Of a stretch of DNA of 64,000 nucleotides, positions 30,561 to 40,558 are shown in pieces. Both the position numbers and the translations under genes were made by a program. This DNA comes from an uncultured Gammaproteobacteria bacterium (lineage in GTDB: Bacteria > Patescibacteriota > Patescibacteriia > UBA1558 > 2-01-FULL-52-15): contig CAYOCJ010000002.1 of assembly GCA_964402565.1 (NCBI GenBank), positions 79,392-143,391 of the forward strand. Reading direction: 5' to 3'. Every line of letters begins with the position of its first letter. The first letter of the stretch is position 1. A model generated the notes under the pieces. That model searched no databases, was not told the DNA's origin, and worked only from the letters and a program-made list of their open reading frames with translations.

Positions 30561-32618
30561 TTAATACAGTCTAAAAATGCTCAGAATATTGCTTTTAGTA
30601 TCGGTCCACAGTATGCGGCGGTTAAAGGTCATTGCATCCGGCTCCATGGTTTTGTTCTGGGAGAGCCTGGTAAAGAAACTCTCATCGTCGCTTAAGAGTG
30701 CCCATCCGCTTGGCGTGACGCCCTTCTTTGGTTCACCTGAGTCATTCACGATGGCTGCATGCAGATTAAATTTTTCTGCGATACCGCCGATGACCGGTTT
30801 GAAATCCAGGTATCGGTTCGAAATATGCACCGCAATGACGCCATGCGGGGCAAGATGCTTGAGGTAGACATCGAATGCTTCTTTGGTCAGTAGGTGTATC
30901 GGGATAGCATCGCTGCTGAATGCATCCAGAGCTATCAGGTTAAAGTTTTGTGGTTCTTCATGCTCCAGAGAAAGCCTCGCGTCTCCGAGTACGATGTCAT
31001 ATTTTTTTGCGCATTCAGAAAGATAGGAGAATTTATTGAGCGCGATATTTTTTACTTCGGGATTAAGTTCATAGTACTTTACATAATCTCCATACACAGC
31101 TGCCGTGCCTGTGCCTAATCCTACAATGCCGAGTCGTACCGGCTGCTCGCTTTTCAGAGCGCTCATCGCCCGCCCTAATCCGCTGGTATACCCGTAATAC
31201 GTAGTCGGCCAGCATTTGAGAGCCTCTGATTTGAATTGCATGCCGTGCAGTGTTCTGCCGTGGTAGAGTCCTTTATAATCTTTTGATTCCTCGATCCTCA
31301 GCGAGCCGAAGAAATCCCTATGGATATAGGTAGGATGTATGAGCGTATGGTAGACATTTTGAGCGCTGAGAGTGATCACAATAATCGCGACCATGGCCAT
31401 TGCTATGGTGCTGGTTATCTTCAATCGTGGCTTCGGCGTCCAGAGGCGTCTGGTCTGCCATAAGGTGAAGACGAGCAGCATCGTAAAGCAAATGCTGAAG
31501 TGGAATTCAAAATAGAGAGGGAAGATGATCGGCGCAAGCAAAGCAACGAAAGCACCCCCGAGTGCTCCGCCGATAGAGATCCAAAAATAAAATGATGTAC
31601 TGCGTGAGACAGTCGGCCGCAGTTGATACAATTCGCCGTTGCAGACGATGCAAAAGAGGCCGAGCAAAAGCAGCAAGGTGACGATCAGTAAGATATTTGA
31701 GATATTTGCTCCGAGCATAATGACTAAGCTCGCGACCAAGCTTCCGTAGAGGAACATTGGGGCAAAGAATGATCGGTCGTAAAAGGTTGTGTTCTGAAAT
31801 GTGATGATGAAGCTGATCAAATAAATACTGAGCGGTATCACCCAGAGCAGGGGCACCGATGCAATATCCTGCGTAATGTAGTTCGTTATTGCAAGCAAGA
31901 GCGCTGATGGAGCAAACGACAAGAGTACCCACCATGTAATGTCGCTTTTTTTGTTTCGTGTTACCGTTTGTTCTGTTTTGATCGATTCAGCTGCTGGCTC
32001 TGCGGAAAACTGATTCTTTGTTCGAAAAAGAAAGACCGTACATACTCCGACGCAGACCCCAAAGAGTATAAAGAGGCCTGACCAGATCTGCGTTTGCACC
32101 TGAACCGATATGTATGGCTCGATGATAACCGGATAGGCGAGAAGGCCTACTAATGAGCCGAAATTTGACCATGCATATAGTCGATAGGATCGCGTTTCAG
32201 TATGTGAGGCATGAGACCAGAGCTGCAATAGGGGGCTGGTCGAGGATAAGATAAAGTACGGAAGGCCTATGCAGGCGATCAGCAGCCATAGGATCGACAT
32301 GGTTGGGTCCATGTGTATATCAGGCTGGTGCGGAGTAATAGGTAAAAATACGATCGCCAGGCCTATGACGATCATGTAGCTCAGATATTGATAGGAACGA
32401 GGAAGTCTGGCAGCAGCATGAGCAAATGTATAGCCGGCAAGCAGTACGACCTGGAAGAAGAGAAGGGCTACTATCCATACAGAAGGACTGCCTCCATACC
32501 AGGGTAAAATGTATTTACAGATGATCGGCTCTACTGAAAACAGCAAAAAGGAAGCAAAAAAAATAAGAAAGCGATACATATTGGAGAGCAGCGATGTGGG
32601 GGCAAAAGGTTTTTGCAT
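30561..32618 (-). CDS. Membrane-fused spermidine-synthase-like protein
   Basis: Multi-TM N-terminus (LP..GG...VW), HGRTLHG.Q, VGLGTG, GDAR, DAFSSDAIP.HLLT.EAF. Confidence 0.9.
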   Translation of the reverse strand: MQKPFAPTSLLSNMYRFLIFFASFLLFSVEPIICKYILPWYGGSPSVWIVALLFFQVVLLAGYTFAHAAARLPRSYQYLSYMIVIGLAIVFLPITPHQPDIHMDPTMSILWLLIACIGLPYFILSSTSPLLQLWSHASHTETRSYRLYAWSNFGSLVGLLAYPVIIEPYISVQVQTQIWSGLFILFGVCVGVCTVFLFRTKNQFSAEPAAESIKTEQTVTRNKKSDITWWVLLSFAPSALLLAITNYITQDIASVPLLWVIPLSIYLISFIITFQNTTFYDRSFFAPMFLYGSLVASLVIMLGANISNILLIVTLLLLLGLFCIVCNGELYQLRPTVSRSTSFYFWISIGGALGGAFVALLAPIIFPLYFEFHFSICFTMLLVFTLWQTRRLWTPKPRLKITSTIAMAMVAIIVITLSAQNVYHTLIHPTYIHRDFFGSLRIEESKDYKGLYHGRTLHGMQFKSEALKCWPTTYYGYTSGLGRAMSALKSEQPVRLGIVGLGTGTAAVYGDYVKYYELNPEVKNIALNKFSYLSECAKKYDIVLGDARLSLEHEEPQNFNLIALDAFSSDAIPIHLLTKEAFDVYLKHLAPHGVIAVHISNRYLDFKPVIGGIAEKFNLHAAIVNDSGEPKKGVTPSGWALLSDDESFFTRLSQNKTMEPDAMTFNRRILWTDTKSNILSIFRLY

Positions 32619-32703
32619 CGCTTTAGTATACCGTACCTTTGGTTCCTTGAAAAACATTATCGGCTGTGTTACAGTATCGACGCTTCTTTAAAGTTCGTGA
32701 TCT

Positions 32704-32779
32704 GTCCTCGTAGCTCAACGGATAGAGCGTTTGGCTTCGAACCAAAAGGTTGGGGGTTCGATTCCCTCCGAGGACACCA
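32704..32779 (+). tRNA. tRNA-Arg(TCG)
   Basis: TTTGG-CTTCGAA-CCAAA, CCA. Confidence 0.95.
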
Positions 32780-32789
32780 GGAAGCATTA

Positions 32790-32853
32790 GGGTCGTTAGC
32801 TCAGCCCCGACGTTGCAGTCGGGGAGCCGACCGCAAGCGTCGGCTTTGGTAGA
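32790..32853 (+). pseudogene. Duplicated tRNA-Lys 5' fragment interrupted by two hairpin inserts
   Basis: GGGTCGTTAGCTCAG[CCCCGACGTTGCAGTCGGGG][AGCCGACCGCAAGCGTCGGCT]TTGGTAGA versus 32888-32910. Confidence 0.85.
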
Positions 32854-32887
32854 CGTAAATTGAAAATAGAGTTGTCATTGATTTTAT

Positions 32888-32963
32888 GGGTCGTTAGCTC
32901 AGTTGGTAGAGCAGTTGCCTCTTAAGCAAACGGTCGCTGGTTCGAATCCAGCACGACCCACCA
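32888..32963 (+). tRNA. tRNA-Lys(CTT)
   Basis: Cloverleaf, CTT anticodon, CCA. Confidence 0.95.
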
Positions 32964-33164
32964 TAACAGGCTCTAGAAACTTTGAAAATAAAAAACCTGG
33001 TAACAAAATAAGTCCGTGCGGATTCGGACCAGGGAAGGGGTCGGGAAACGGGAGTTTCCCGTGCCGGAAATACTAAAACCGAGCGACGAATGCAGTGAGG
33101 AGTCGAACGGGCACGAGATAGATAAATTCAAAGTGTAAGAAAAAACCGCCGTAAGGCGGATTTT

Positions 33165-34139
33165 TTATTCCAGATTGTGCATATTGCCGATATAGCTGCG
33201 TTTCAGCTGTGCCTGTTGATTTTGATTCTCCTGTTCCTGCACGGTGATCAGCGCCTGCGCAAGCAAACCGCCAATGACATTCAGGCATTCGCTATCGTGT
33301 GTGGTAAACCCTTCATAGCGCACTGAATCCGTCAGCGCAATCGCGCCTATTACATTTGTATTCGCAATGAGCGGCGCAATAGCCATGGTTTGCCTGAAAT
33401 ACGGCACATGCATGAATTTTCGCTCTCGGGAATGCGGACCGACGATCAAGCTGGTGCGCGTCGTGAAGACTGTGGCAAGCAAAGTATCTGCGAGCAATGA
33501 AAATGAAGTGCCGGCTAATGAAGGAGTCTGCAGATGTGCGACGATATGTATGCGATGAGCCAGCGGGTCAAAACGTGCGATAAAAGCTGAGCGGGCACCG
33601 AGTGTATCTGCTGCTAATCGCAAGGTCGCGGCCCATTTGTCCTGAGGTGTGCCAGCGCTTTGCAGCATGTGATTGACGCCATACAGACAACTCAGGATCA
33701 GATCATCATGTGTTTTTTGTTTAGACTGAAACTTGAGCAAGTTATGCGCCACTGTCGCTGCTATTTCAGGGTATTGTTCAAATAGTGCAAGCAGATCAAT
33801 GATCGGAATTTCTATTGTTTCAGCGCCATGCATATCTGTCCGATACAGGTCATTGATCGAAGTACTGGGCTGGATCAAGGCAGCATGGCCCCAGAGAGCT
33901 CCGCGATGCAGATGTTCGACAGGAATGAGATGGTTGTCGAGGCTGTAGAGGCGTGAGACCGTGCCGCTTCTCAGTATGCTCAAGCGCTTCGGGATAGCCC
34001 CGGCACGAATGATGGTCGTATGCGCTGCATATTTCATGCGCAATGCACGCGCTGCGATCATGCTCGCGTGCTGTTTTTTTAACGCATGAAACAATGCACT
34101 GTCGCGTATCTCAGATGTTCCAACCGAGGCGAAAGGCAT
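33165..34139 (-). CDS. Cyclic-nucleotide-binding-like plus GAF domain protein
   Basis: IIRAG....LSILRSG.V..G.LWG (degenerate cNMP fold); MAIAPL..NTNVIGAI..F...D...L (GAF). Confidence 0.75.
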   Translation of the reverse strand: MPFASVGTSEIRDSALFHALKKQHASMIAARALRMKYAAHTTIIRAGAIPKRLSILRSGTVSRLYSLDNHLIPVEHLHRGALWGHAALIQPSTSINDLYRTDMHGAETIEIPIIDLLALFEQYPEIAATVAHNLLKFQSKQKTHDDLILSCLYGVNHMLQSAGTPQDKWAATLRLAADTLGARSAFIARFDPLAHRIHIVAHLQTPSLAGTSFSLLADTLLATVFTTRTSLIVGPHSRERKFMHVPYFRQTMAIAPLIANTNVIGAIALTDSVRYEGFTTHDSECLNVIGGLLAQALITVQEQENQNQQAQLKRSYIGNMHNLE

Positions 34140-34144
34140 AGGAG

Positions 34145-35188
34145 CTATTGTGATTCCATGTAGGCGAGCGCGGTAGGCTCGTCGATCAGATTTTTTTGTA
34201 GAGCTTCTTTCAATGCCTGGTCCATGGTCATCATGCCTTCGCGGGCGCTGGTCTGGAGTATGGTCCGCAGCTGCGGGATTTTGTTCTCGCGGATCGTATT
34301 GCCGACGGCAGGATTATTCACCATGATCTCGCGAACAGCTGCGCGGCCGCCGCCGACGCGGGGGAGCAGCTTCTGTGAAATGACCGCTGAGAGTGAAATA
34401 GAAAGCTGTAAGCGCACTTGGGCTTGCTGGTATGGCGGGAAAATATCTATGATGCGGTCGATAGTCTGGCTTGCATTGTGCGTATGCAATGTCGCGAGCA
34501 CCAAGTGTCCTGTTTCAGCAAGCGTGATGGTGGTAGCGATAGTTTCGAGGTCCCGCATCTCGCCTACCATGATGACATTCGGATCCTGGCGCAGTGCATG
34601 CTTCAGGCCTTCTGAGAAAGAAACAATGTCAGAGCCCAGCTGGCGCTGCTTGATGATGCTCTTATTTGATTTATGGATGAATTCGATCGGATCTTCGAAG
34701 GTGATGATGTTCGCGAGGCGTTCTTCATTGATCGTGCGTATCATAGCAGCAAGCGACGTTGATTTGCCGCACCCAGTAGGGCCGGTGACCAGGATCAAAC
34801 CCGAAGGGCGCTGCAGTAGTTCGTGCACGATCGGTGGCATTTCGAGCTCATCAAGCGTCGGGATATTGGAAGAGATAACGCGGGCTACCATGCCCATATT
34901 ATCTTTTTCCCAATGCAAATTGACGCGATAGCGGGAAACGCCTTCGATCTGATGGGAAATGTCTAATTCTCGCTTCCTATAAAAGACCTCTTTTTGATTT
35001 TCGTTGAGTAAAGACAAAATAAGCCGTTCCATCACGTCATGCGTGATCGGTTTGTATTCGCTGATTGCTTTCAATTCGCCGTCGATGCGGAGATAGGGCG
35101 GTTCATCGACAATAAGATGCAAGTCAGAGGCGTTTTTTTGGCTTGCGATCCGGAACAGATCGTCGATATGTACTGTGGCTGCTGCCAT
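34145..35188 (-). CDS. pilT: Type IV pilus retraction ATPase
   Basis: ASDLHL, GLILVTGPTGCGKST, EDPIE, LRQDPNVIMVGEMRD, AETGHLV..TLHT, GMMTMDQ. Confidence 0.96.
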   Translation of the reverse strand: MAAATVHIDDLFRIASQKNASDLHLIVDEPPYLRIDGELKAISEYKPITHDVMERLILSLLNENQKEVFYRKRELDISHQIEGVSRYRVNLHWEKDNMGMVARVISSNIPTLDELEMPPIVHELLQRPSGLILVTGPTGCGKSTSLAAMIRTINEERLANIITFEDPIEFIHKSNKSIIKQRQLGSDIVSFSEGLKHALRQDPNVIMVGEMRDLETIATTITLAETGHLVLATLHTHNASQTIDRIIDIFPPYQQAQVRLQLSISLSAVISQKLLPRVGGGRAAVREIMVNNPAVGNTIRENKIPQLRTILQTSAREGMMTMDQALKEALQKNLIDEPTALAYMESQ

Positions 35189-35282
35189 TGCTTGGTATTA
35201 GTTTTTGATGCACATAGTATACCATAAAACGTAAACAGCGACACCAGTTGGTGCCGCTGTAAGGTGGGAGCAGAAGCGCTCC

Positions 35283-35861
35283 TTAGCGGAAGAAGCTCGT
35301 TATGATCGCGTGGAGCAGAAATGCCGCCAGTGCGTAGAAGACCAGCAAGTCGCCGACGCTCAGGATCGATCCTTTGGGCATGAACCGTGCGTTGGCGATG
35401 CGATCGCAGAGAAAACGAAAACGCGTTTTGTGGTCAGCCATCTTATAGATCGATGATCGGAACCTCTGCCGGGCCGGGTCCACCAGGAAACGGCTCCCTC
35501 GCATCGTGTCGTAGGCATGCAGGTCAATGGGCATATAGCCCTTGTTCGACACGACGACCAGAAAGTTCATTCCAGAACCGATGATCATGATGCTGCGGAG
35601 GAATCCTTGCAGGATTCCCATTTCTCCCTTTTGCAGGGAGGCCTTGAAGAACATGATGAGTCCGATCATGATGCCGCCCATCGCGACGACCATGATGTAC
35701 CGGTGGATCCTGATGATGCCATTGTGCCCGACGAGGTAGAGCAGAAAACACGGGCCAAGCATCAGTTCGTACCACGGCATTACGTTTCCCTGATGTACCA
35801 CATTTGCTATGAACGAAACCAGGACCAGAATTGCCAGCAGCCGGTATAGAAAAAACAGCAT
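35283..35861 (-). CDS. DUF5317-like membrane protein
   Basis: N..VVVSNKGYMP, TRF.FLCD.I, SVGD motifs; several TMs. Confidence 0.7.
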   Translation of the reverse strand: MLFFLYRLLAILVLVSFIANVVHQGNVMPWYELMLGPCFLLYLVGHNGIIRIHRYIMVVAMGGIMIGLIMFFKASLQKGEMGILQGFLRSIMIIGSGMNFLVVVSNKGYMPIDLHAYDTMRGSRFLVDPARQRFRSSIYKMADHKTRFRFLCDRIANARFMPKGSILSVGDLLVFYALAAFLLHAIITSFFR

Positions 35862-35927
35862 GTGAGCCCCTTTGTGAAAGTGCGAATCCAGGAGCGTATC
35901 GTGAAACGATTGCGTTGTCAAGAATTC

Positions 35928-36365
35928 TCAGAACCCGAATTCAGAATAGGAGATTTTCTTTCCAATACATTCGATGACCTGTCGTATATGAGGCAGTATA
36001 TTTTCCGGAAGTGCATCGAGCGGGAACCATTGCATGTCGTCGCAACGATCTGGTTCGCAAATATGCGGGTCGCCGACCCACGTTGATGCGATGAAAAAGA
36101 ATTGTATATATACATTGGCTGAATGGTGATGCAGGGCATGTGCAAAGGAAATATCAGCAGGCTGTATACTGACTCCGCATTCTTCTTGTGCTTCCCGTAT
36201 CGCAGTCTGCAACAATGTTTCTCCTGCTTCGAGATGGCCGCCGGGGATCCCATACATGCCATCGCCAAAGCCGGTGTCTTTTCTGCGACCTAAAAGAACT
36301 TTGCCGTCGCGGATGAGCAGTACGTCAGCAGATGCCCGAAATAGTTGTCTTTCTCCGTCAGCCAT
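35928..36365 (-). CDS. NUDIX hydrolase
   Basis: PGGHLEAGET...AIREAQEECG Nudix box, EP..C...WF. Confidence 0.95.
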   Translation of the reverse strand: MADGERQLFRASADVLLIRDGKVLLGRRKDTGFGDGMYGIPGGHLEAGETLLQTAIREAQEECGVSIQPADISFAHALHHHSANVYIQFFFIASTWVGDPHICEPDRCDDMQWFPLDALPENILPHIRQVIECIGKKISYSEFGF

Positions 36366-36368
36366 GTG

Positions 36369-36935
36369 TCAGAATTCAATGCCCTGCCGCGCAGGGATGC
36401 CTTTATAAAAATAATGCTTCACTAAACGCATTTCAGTGACCAGATCAGCGCGATCGATGAAGCTCTGCGGGCAATTCCTGCCGGTCATCACGATCTCAGT
36501 ATGGATAGGCTTTTGATCCAGTAACTGCAAGACTGCCTGCTCGGGAATCATCTTGAGGCCTGCGCAGGTATTGATCTCATCCATGATGATCAGGTCATAT
36601 TTCTTTTTGAATAAGCCGCGCACGATCGACAGCCCCTTCAGCGCCTCTTCTTTGTCGCCGTCAGTTACCCCGAAGCGAAACGGCTTCCCCGGTACGAATC
36701 GCACTAAACCAGTCACCCAGAAATTAATCTTGGATTTTAATTTTGGCAGTATATTCCGTTCGCCATAGAGTTGGCCGCCTTTATCAAAATAGACAATGCC
36801 CACTTTTTTTCCTTGGCCGGCTGCACGGATAGCGAGGCCTAAGCCAGCCGTTGTCTTCCCTTTGCCTTCACCGTGATAGACCTGGATCTGGCCGAGCACG
36901 CCCCGCGAGTTAATTTGTATTTTTTTGTGCTTCAT
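36369..36935 (-). CDS. btuR: Cob(I)alamin adenosyltransferase (CobA/BtuR family)
   Basis: G.GKGKTTA.LG.AIRA.G.G, DE, TGR, ADLVTEM..VKHYF..G..A..GIEF. Confidence 0.92.
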   Translation of the reverse strand: MKHKKIQINSRGVLGQIQVYHGEGKGKTTAGLGLAIRAAGQGKKVGIVYFDKGGQLYGERNILPKLKSKINFWVTGLVRFVPGKPFRFGVTDGDKEEALKGLSIVRGLFKKKYDLIIMDEINTCAGLKMIPEQAVLQLLDQKPIHTEIVMTGRNCPQSFIDRADLVTEMRLVKHYFYKGIPARQGIEF

Positions 36936-37025
36936 TGCTGCTGAGGCTTATGCGAACGATCTCTCACTCTCCAGAGCGACAAAAGCTCTCACTGATAGGC
37001 GGCAACTTTTTTATGGTAGGGCCTG

Positions 37026-37847
37026 TTAGTTTACCTGAGCGCCGTGATCGCTTGGCAGCTCTACGAAAATATCGTCACAATCAGAAGACGTTACGTTGTT
37101 TTGCGATGCCCCGACATTAGGAGATGAGTTATTTCCGTCCGGCCCCAGAGAGACCAAAGCAGCTATCAGGCCCACGTCATTCGTTGAAGTAGCGGTGCCT
37201 CCGAGAGCGGTGGTGCGATAGGGTGATGTCGGGCAGTTGAATCCAATGCGATAATCATTATCGAACCAGTATGGATGGCCCCATGGATCAAGGCCAGATC
37301 CCGTCGCATAGGGTCCTCTCCACCCGGTATAGCCTAGGCATGAACCGAGAGCAGCAGGCGGCCAGCCGCAGCCGGTCGCGCAATTTGATCTTGGCGAAGG
37401 ATTTGGTATACAGGTTTCTCCCGCAACTGTACAATCAGAATCTGTCGCACATGAATTGTGCGAAGATGACCCGCCCCCAGCTAAACCGCAATACTTATCA
37501 TCATAGCTCGGTGTACAGAGTTTATTGTTGCCGCATTCAGACCCGCAATCGGATGTCATGCCAAGGCCGGCTTGCTTGTCATTAAGTGGAATTTCATTGC
37601 AGCTGCCTGATTCAGTATTGCTTAGAGCATGTCCTGGTATGCATCCCAGCGGCCATCTTCCAGTATCGTTCGTCATATTGAGGACCGCATTGCGCAAACT
37701 GGTAAGCTCACTTTGCGCTTTGGCCACATTTGCTCTGTAGGTGTACCAGTCGTACGTTAAGAAGCCACCCGCACATAAGGTGATGATGATGGCCATCACG
37801 ATCAACAGCTCTATTAAGCTAAAGCCTCCTTGGTTATTTTTTAACAT
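37026..37847 (-). CDS. Type IV pilin / GspG-like protein
   Basis: GG|FSLIELLIV, W.GPY, DPWG.PY, S.GPDG. Confidence 0.92.
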   Translation of the reverse strand: MLKNNQGGFSLIELLIVMAIIITLCAGGFLTYDWYTYRANVAKAQSELTSLRNAVLNMTNDTGRWPLGCIPGHALSNTESGSCNEIPLNDKQAGLGMTSDCGSECGNNKLCTPSYDDKYCGLAGGGSSSHNSCATDSDCTVAGETCIPNPSPRSNCATGCGWPPAALGSCLGYTGWRGPYATGSGLDPWGHPYWFDNDYRIGFNCPTSPYRTTALGGTATSTNDVGLIAALVSLGPDGNNSSPNVGASQNNVTSSDCDDIFVELPSDHGAQVN

Positions 37848-37872
37848 AGATATACATGTTGGGGTTTATACG

Positions 37873-38607
37873 TTAACCAGCTACATTTGGATTTGGATTC
37901 AGTAGTACATAGATATCATCACAATCATAGGTTGCAGTTGTCGCTGTCCCGTGTGAAGCGGCCCATCCTGGATTCGCATCTGACCATGCTTGGTTGGCGG
38001 CAGAGTCCCAGGCTCCGTTATGGAGGTTCGGCCCGCCGGAGACTAACGCCGCATAGGATGCTTGTGGTGTTGCTGCGTTCGATCGATAGTTTGGACAGTC
38101 TCTTCGTGGCGCATAATCGTTATCGAACCAATAGGGCTGACCCCACGGATCAAGTAAACTTTCGGTTGCAGGGTAGTAGGGTCCTTTCCAGTTTGAAATA
38201 CTAGTCTGATCCCAACCGCAACCTAATGCGGCATTGTCAGTATCACCGCTATTGAGTACCGGCGTACTTACGAGACCTGCAGCCGGACCTGAAAGCACAA
38301 CCTCATTTATAGTTGAACTATTGCTGAATGGTAGCACGGTGCCACTCAAGCAGCCATTTGGCCATCTGCGTGTATCAAGAGCCATGGCAATGACTCTGGT
38401 TTGCAGGTTTTTTAGTTCAGCGGTTGCTTTGGTTATCTTCGCTTTATCTATAGCATAGTACACACCGCGAAAGATGATCAGCGACAGAATAACAATACAG
38501 GTAATGGTTACCAGGAGCTCAATTAATGTAAAACCACGAGCACGCATTATTTTTTGAATATTTCTGAGTTGATTTTTCTTTATCATACCACGAAACAATT
38601 GCTTCAC
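37873..38607 (-). CDS. Type IV pilin / GspG-like protein (tandem paralog; start uncertain)
   Basis: RG|FTLIELLV, WKGPY, DPWGQPYWFDNDY. Confidence 0.9.
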   Translation of the reverse strand: MKQLFRGMIKKNQLRNIQKIMRARGFTLIELLVTITCIVILSLIIFRGVYYAIDKAKITKATAELKNLQTRVIAMALDTRRWPNGCLSGTVLPFSNSSTINEVVLSGPAAGLVSTPVLNSGDTDNAALGCGWDQTSISNWKGPYYPATESLLDPWGQPYWFDNDYAPRRDCPNYRSNAATPQASYAALVSGGPNLHNGAWDSAANQAWSDANPGWAASHGTATTATYDCDDIYVLLNPNPNVAG

Positions 38608-38615
38608 GAAGCGTG

Positions 38616-39866
38616 CTATAGCTTCGCGCCAATATCCCTTCTATACTGCATGCCGTCGAACGATATTGACCGCGCCACGATATAGGCTTTCTCTAGAGCT
38701 TCAGAAATTTTTTCTCCGGTCGCCGTAATATTGAGCACCCTGCCGCCATTTGTAATAATGGCGTCGCCGTTCTTTTTCGTGGCTGCATGAAAGATGACAA
38801 TGTCAGGGCCTATCATCGTCGGCAAGGCGATCTCCTTACCTCGCGCATAGTTGCCCGGATATCCGTCTGATGCAAGAACGATGCAGCATGCGGAGCGGGA
38901 GCTCCAGACTATTTTGGCGCGATCAAGAGTGTGGTCTATGCAGGCGCGCATGATGTCTATCAGATCGCTTTCGAGAAGCCGCATATAGGACTGCGTTTCG
39001 GGGTCTCCGAATCTCGCGTTGAATTCGATCACTTTTGGCCCATCGGGAGTCATCATGATGCCGGGATAGAGAATGCCGACAAAAGGCGTGCCTCTTTTTT
39101 TCAACGCGCGCAATGTCGGCAAGACGATGGTTTCTCTGATCTCTTCCAGCTGCCGCTCAGTAATACCCGGCAGCGGAGCTATGGCACCCATGCCGCCGGT
39201 ATTTGGCCCCTGGTCATCTTCGAATATGCGTTTATGATCTTTCGAAGACGGGAACATGATCGCTGAATCGCCGTCGCAGAATGCATGCACGGAAAATTCA
39301 TACCCGGGCAGGAATTCCTCCACGACCACCTCAGCGCCTGCCGGTCCGAAATTTTTATCCTGCATCAGATCATTCAATGCGGCGATCGCTTCGTCTACGG
39401 TCTCTGCTATGGTGACGCCTTTGCCAAAGGCAAGGCCGTTCGCTTTGATGACTATCGGCATTTTTTGTTTATGTACATAGGTCGCTGCAGAGCTGAAGTC
39501 GGAGAATGTTTTGAATGCTGCAGTTGGTATGCCTTCATCGTGCATGAGCTTTTTCGCAAAACGCTTTGACCATTCAATTTCAGATGCGGCTTTGCTCGGT
39601 GCGAATACAGGGATATGCAGATCGCGTATACGGTCGGAGAGTCCGTCAGCCAGGTAATTATCAGGGCCGATCACGACGAGATCCATATGGTTCTTTTTGA
39701 GCCACATAAGAATATCGGGCATTTTTTCAATATCCAGATTCGTACCGCATTCGGCAGTGCCTGCATTTCCCGGGGTGATAAAAAGAGCTGAAACCTGCGG
39801 TGATTGTTTCAGCTTCCACGCAAGCGCATGCTCGCGTCCGCCGCTGCCTATGATCAGTACTTTCAT
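38616..39866 (-). CDS. purD: Phosphoribosylamine-glycine ligase
   Basis: MKVLIIGSGGREHA, PGNAG, GPNTGGMG, EFNARFGDPETQ, GGRVL, YRRDIG. Confidence 0.97.
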   Translation of the reverse strand: MKVLIIGSGGREHALAWKLKQSPQVSALFITPGNAGTAECGTNLDIEKMPDILMWLKKNHMDLVVIGPDNYLADGLSDRIRDLHIPVFAPSKAASEIEWSKRFAKKLMHDEGIPTAAFKTFSDFSSAATYVHKQKMPIVIKANGLAFGKGVTIAETVDEAIAALNDLMQDKNFGPAGAEVVVEEFLPGYEFSVHAFCDGDSAIMFPSSKDHKRIFEDDQGPNTGGMGAIAPLPGITERQLEEIRETIVLPTLRALKKRGTPFVGILYPGIMMTPDGPKVIEFNARFGDPETQSYMRLLESDLIDIMRACIDHTLDRAKIVWSSRSACCIVLASDGYPGNYARGKEIALPTMIGPDIVIFHAATKKNGDAIITNGGRVLNITATGEKISEALEKAYIVARSISFDGMQYRRDIGAKL

Positions 39867-39873
39867 GCAATTG

Positions 39874-40002
39874 TTATGCTCTTTTTTTCTTTCTGTTCTT
39901 CACTGTCTCGCGGAATGTGGTCGACGGATGGCCCTTGGCATACGACTTCCGTACAAATTTACCGCTCACCGCGCTTTTGATGACTTTTTTAGTTTTTTTC
40001 AT
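39874..40002 (-). CDS. 42-aa basic small protein (SA.SG.FV...YA..HP.TT..E motif)
   Basis: MKKTKKVIKSAVSGKFVRKSYAKGHPSTTFRETVKNRKKKRA; fills the gap between co-oriented genes. Confidence 0.75.
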   Translation of the reverse strand: MKKTKKVIKSAVSGKFVRKSYAKGHPSTTFRETVKNRKKKRA

Positions 40003-40006
40003 AGGT

Positions 40007-40516
40007 TTATTGCGGCGTGCTTGCTGGCTGACTGGGAGGCGTTTGCGGAGGAGTCATCGGAGACTGTGAATCGGCCGGTGTATTTTTGATGTATAAAAAA
40101 CTCGCATAGTAATACGTAGCGAGAGCAATTCCATTGCCGACAAGATATTTAATTGAAAAAATATCGGTCACCGGCCTATGAGCCGCCTGTGCAGCAATAA
40201 GACCAATGCCAACGCCGATAACCGTGAGCACCAAAATATACGTAAAAAACAGCTGCACAATTTTTTGCGCATTGGTGATGATATAGTAAGGCTTGATGAA
40301 GAAGCGCACTGATAGCCAGATAGCAAGCCATAAACTTCCGGTATTGATGAGAACGGAGATAGCGTATGTAGCTTCAGAGTCTTGCGGCGACTTTAATAAC
40401 AAAGTGGCAAAAGTAATCGGTAAAAGAACAAGGCCAATGATAAATCCTATGACCCACACGCTGATCAAGTGTACGACCGCGATATAGGATTCTGATTTTG
40501 CTTTGAGCGTCCGCAT
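40007..40516 (-). CDS. Hypothetical membrane protein
   Basis: About four TM helices, Pro-rich tail. Confidence 0.75.
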   Translation of the reverse strand: MRTLKAKSESYIAVVHLISVWVIGFIIGLVLLPITFATLLLKSPQDSEATYAISVLINTGSLWLAIWLSVRFFIKPYYIITNAQKIVQLFFTYILVLTVIGVGIGLIAAQAAHRPVTDIFSIKYLVGNGIALATYYYASFLYIKNTPADSQSPMTPPQTPPSQPASTPQ

Positions 40517-40558
40517 AGTTTGTGGCTAATTGATTATGCTATAAGTATACTACTTTTT

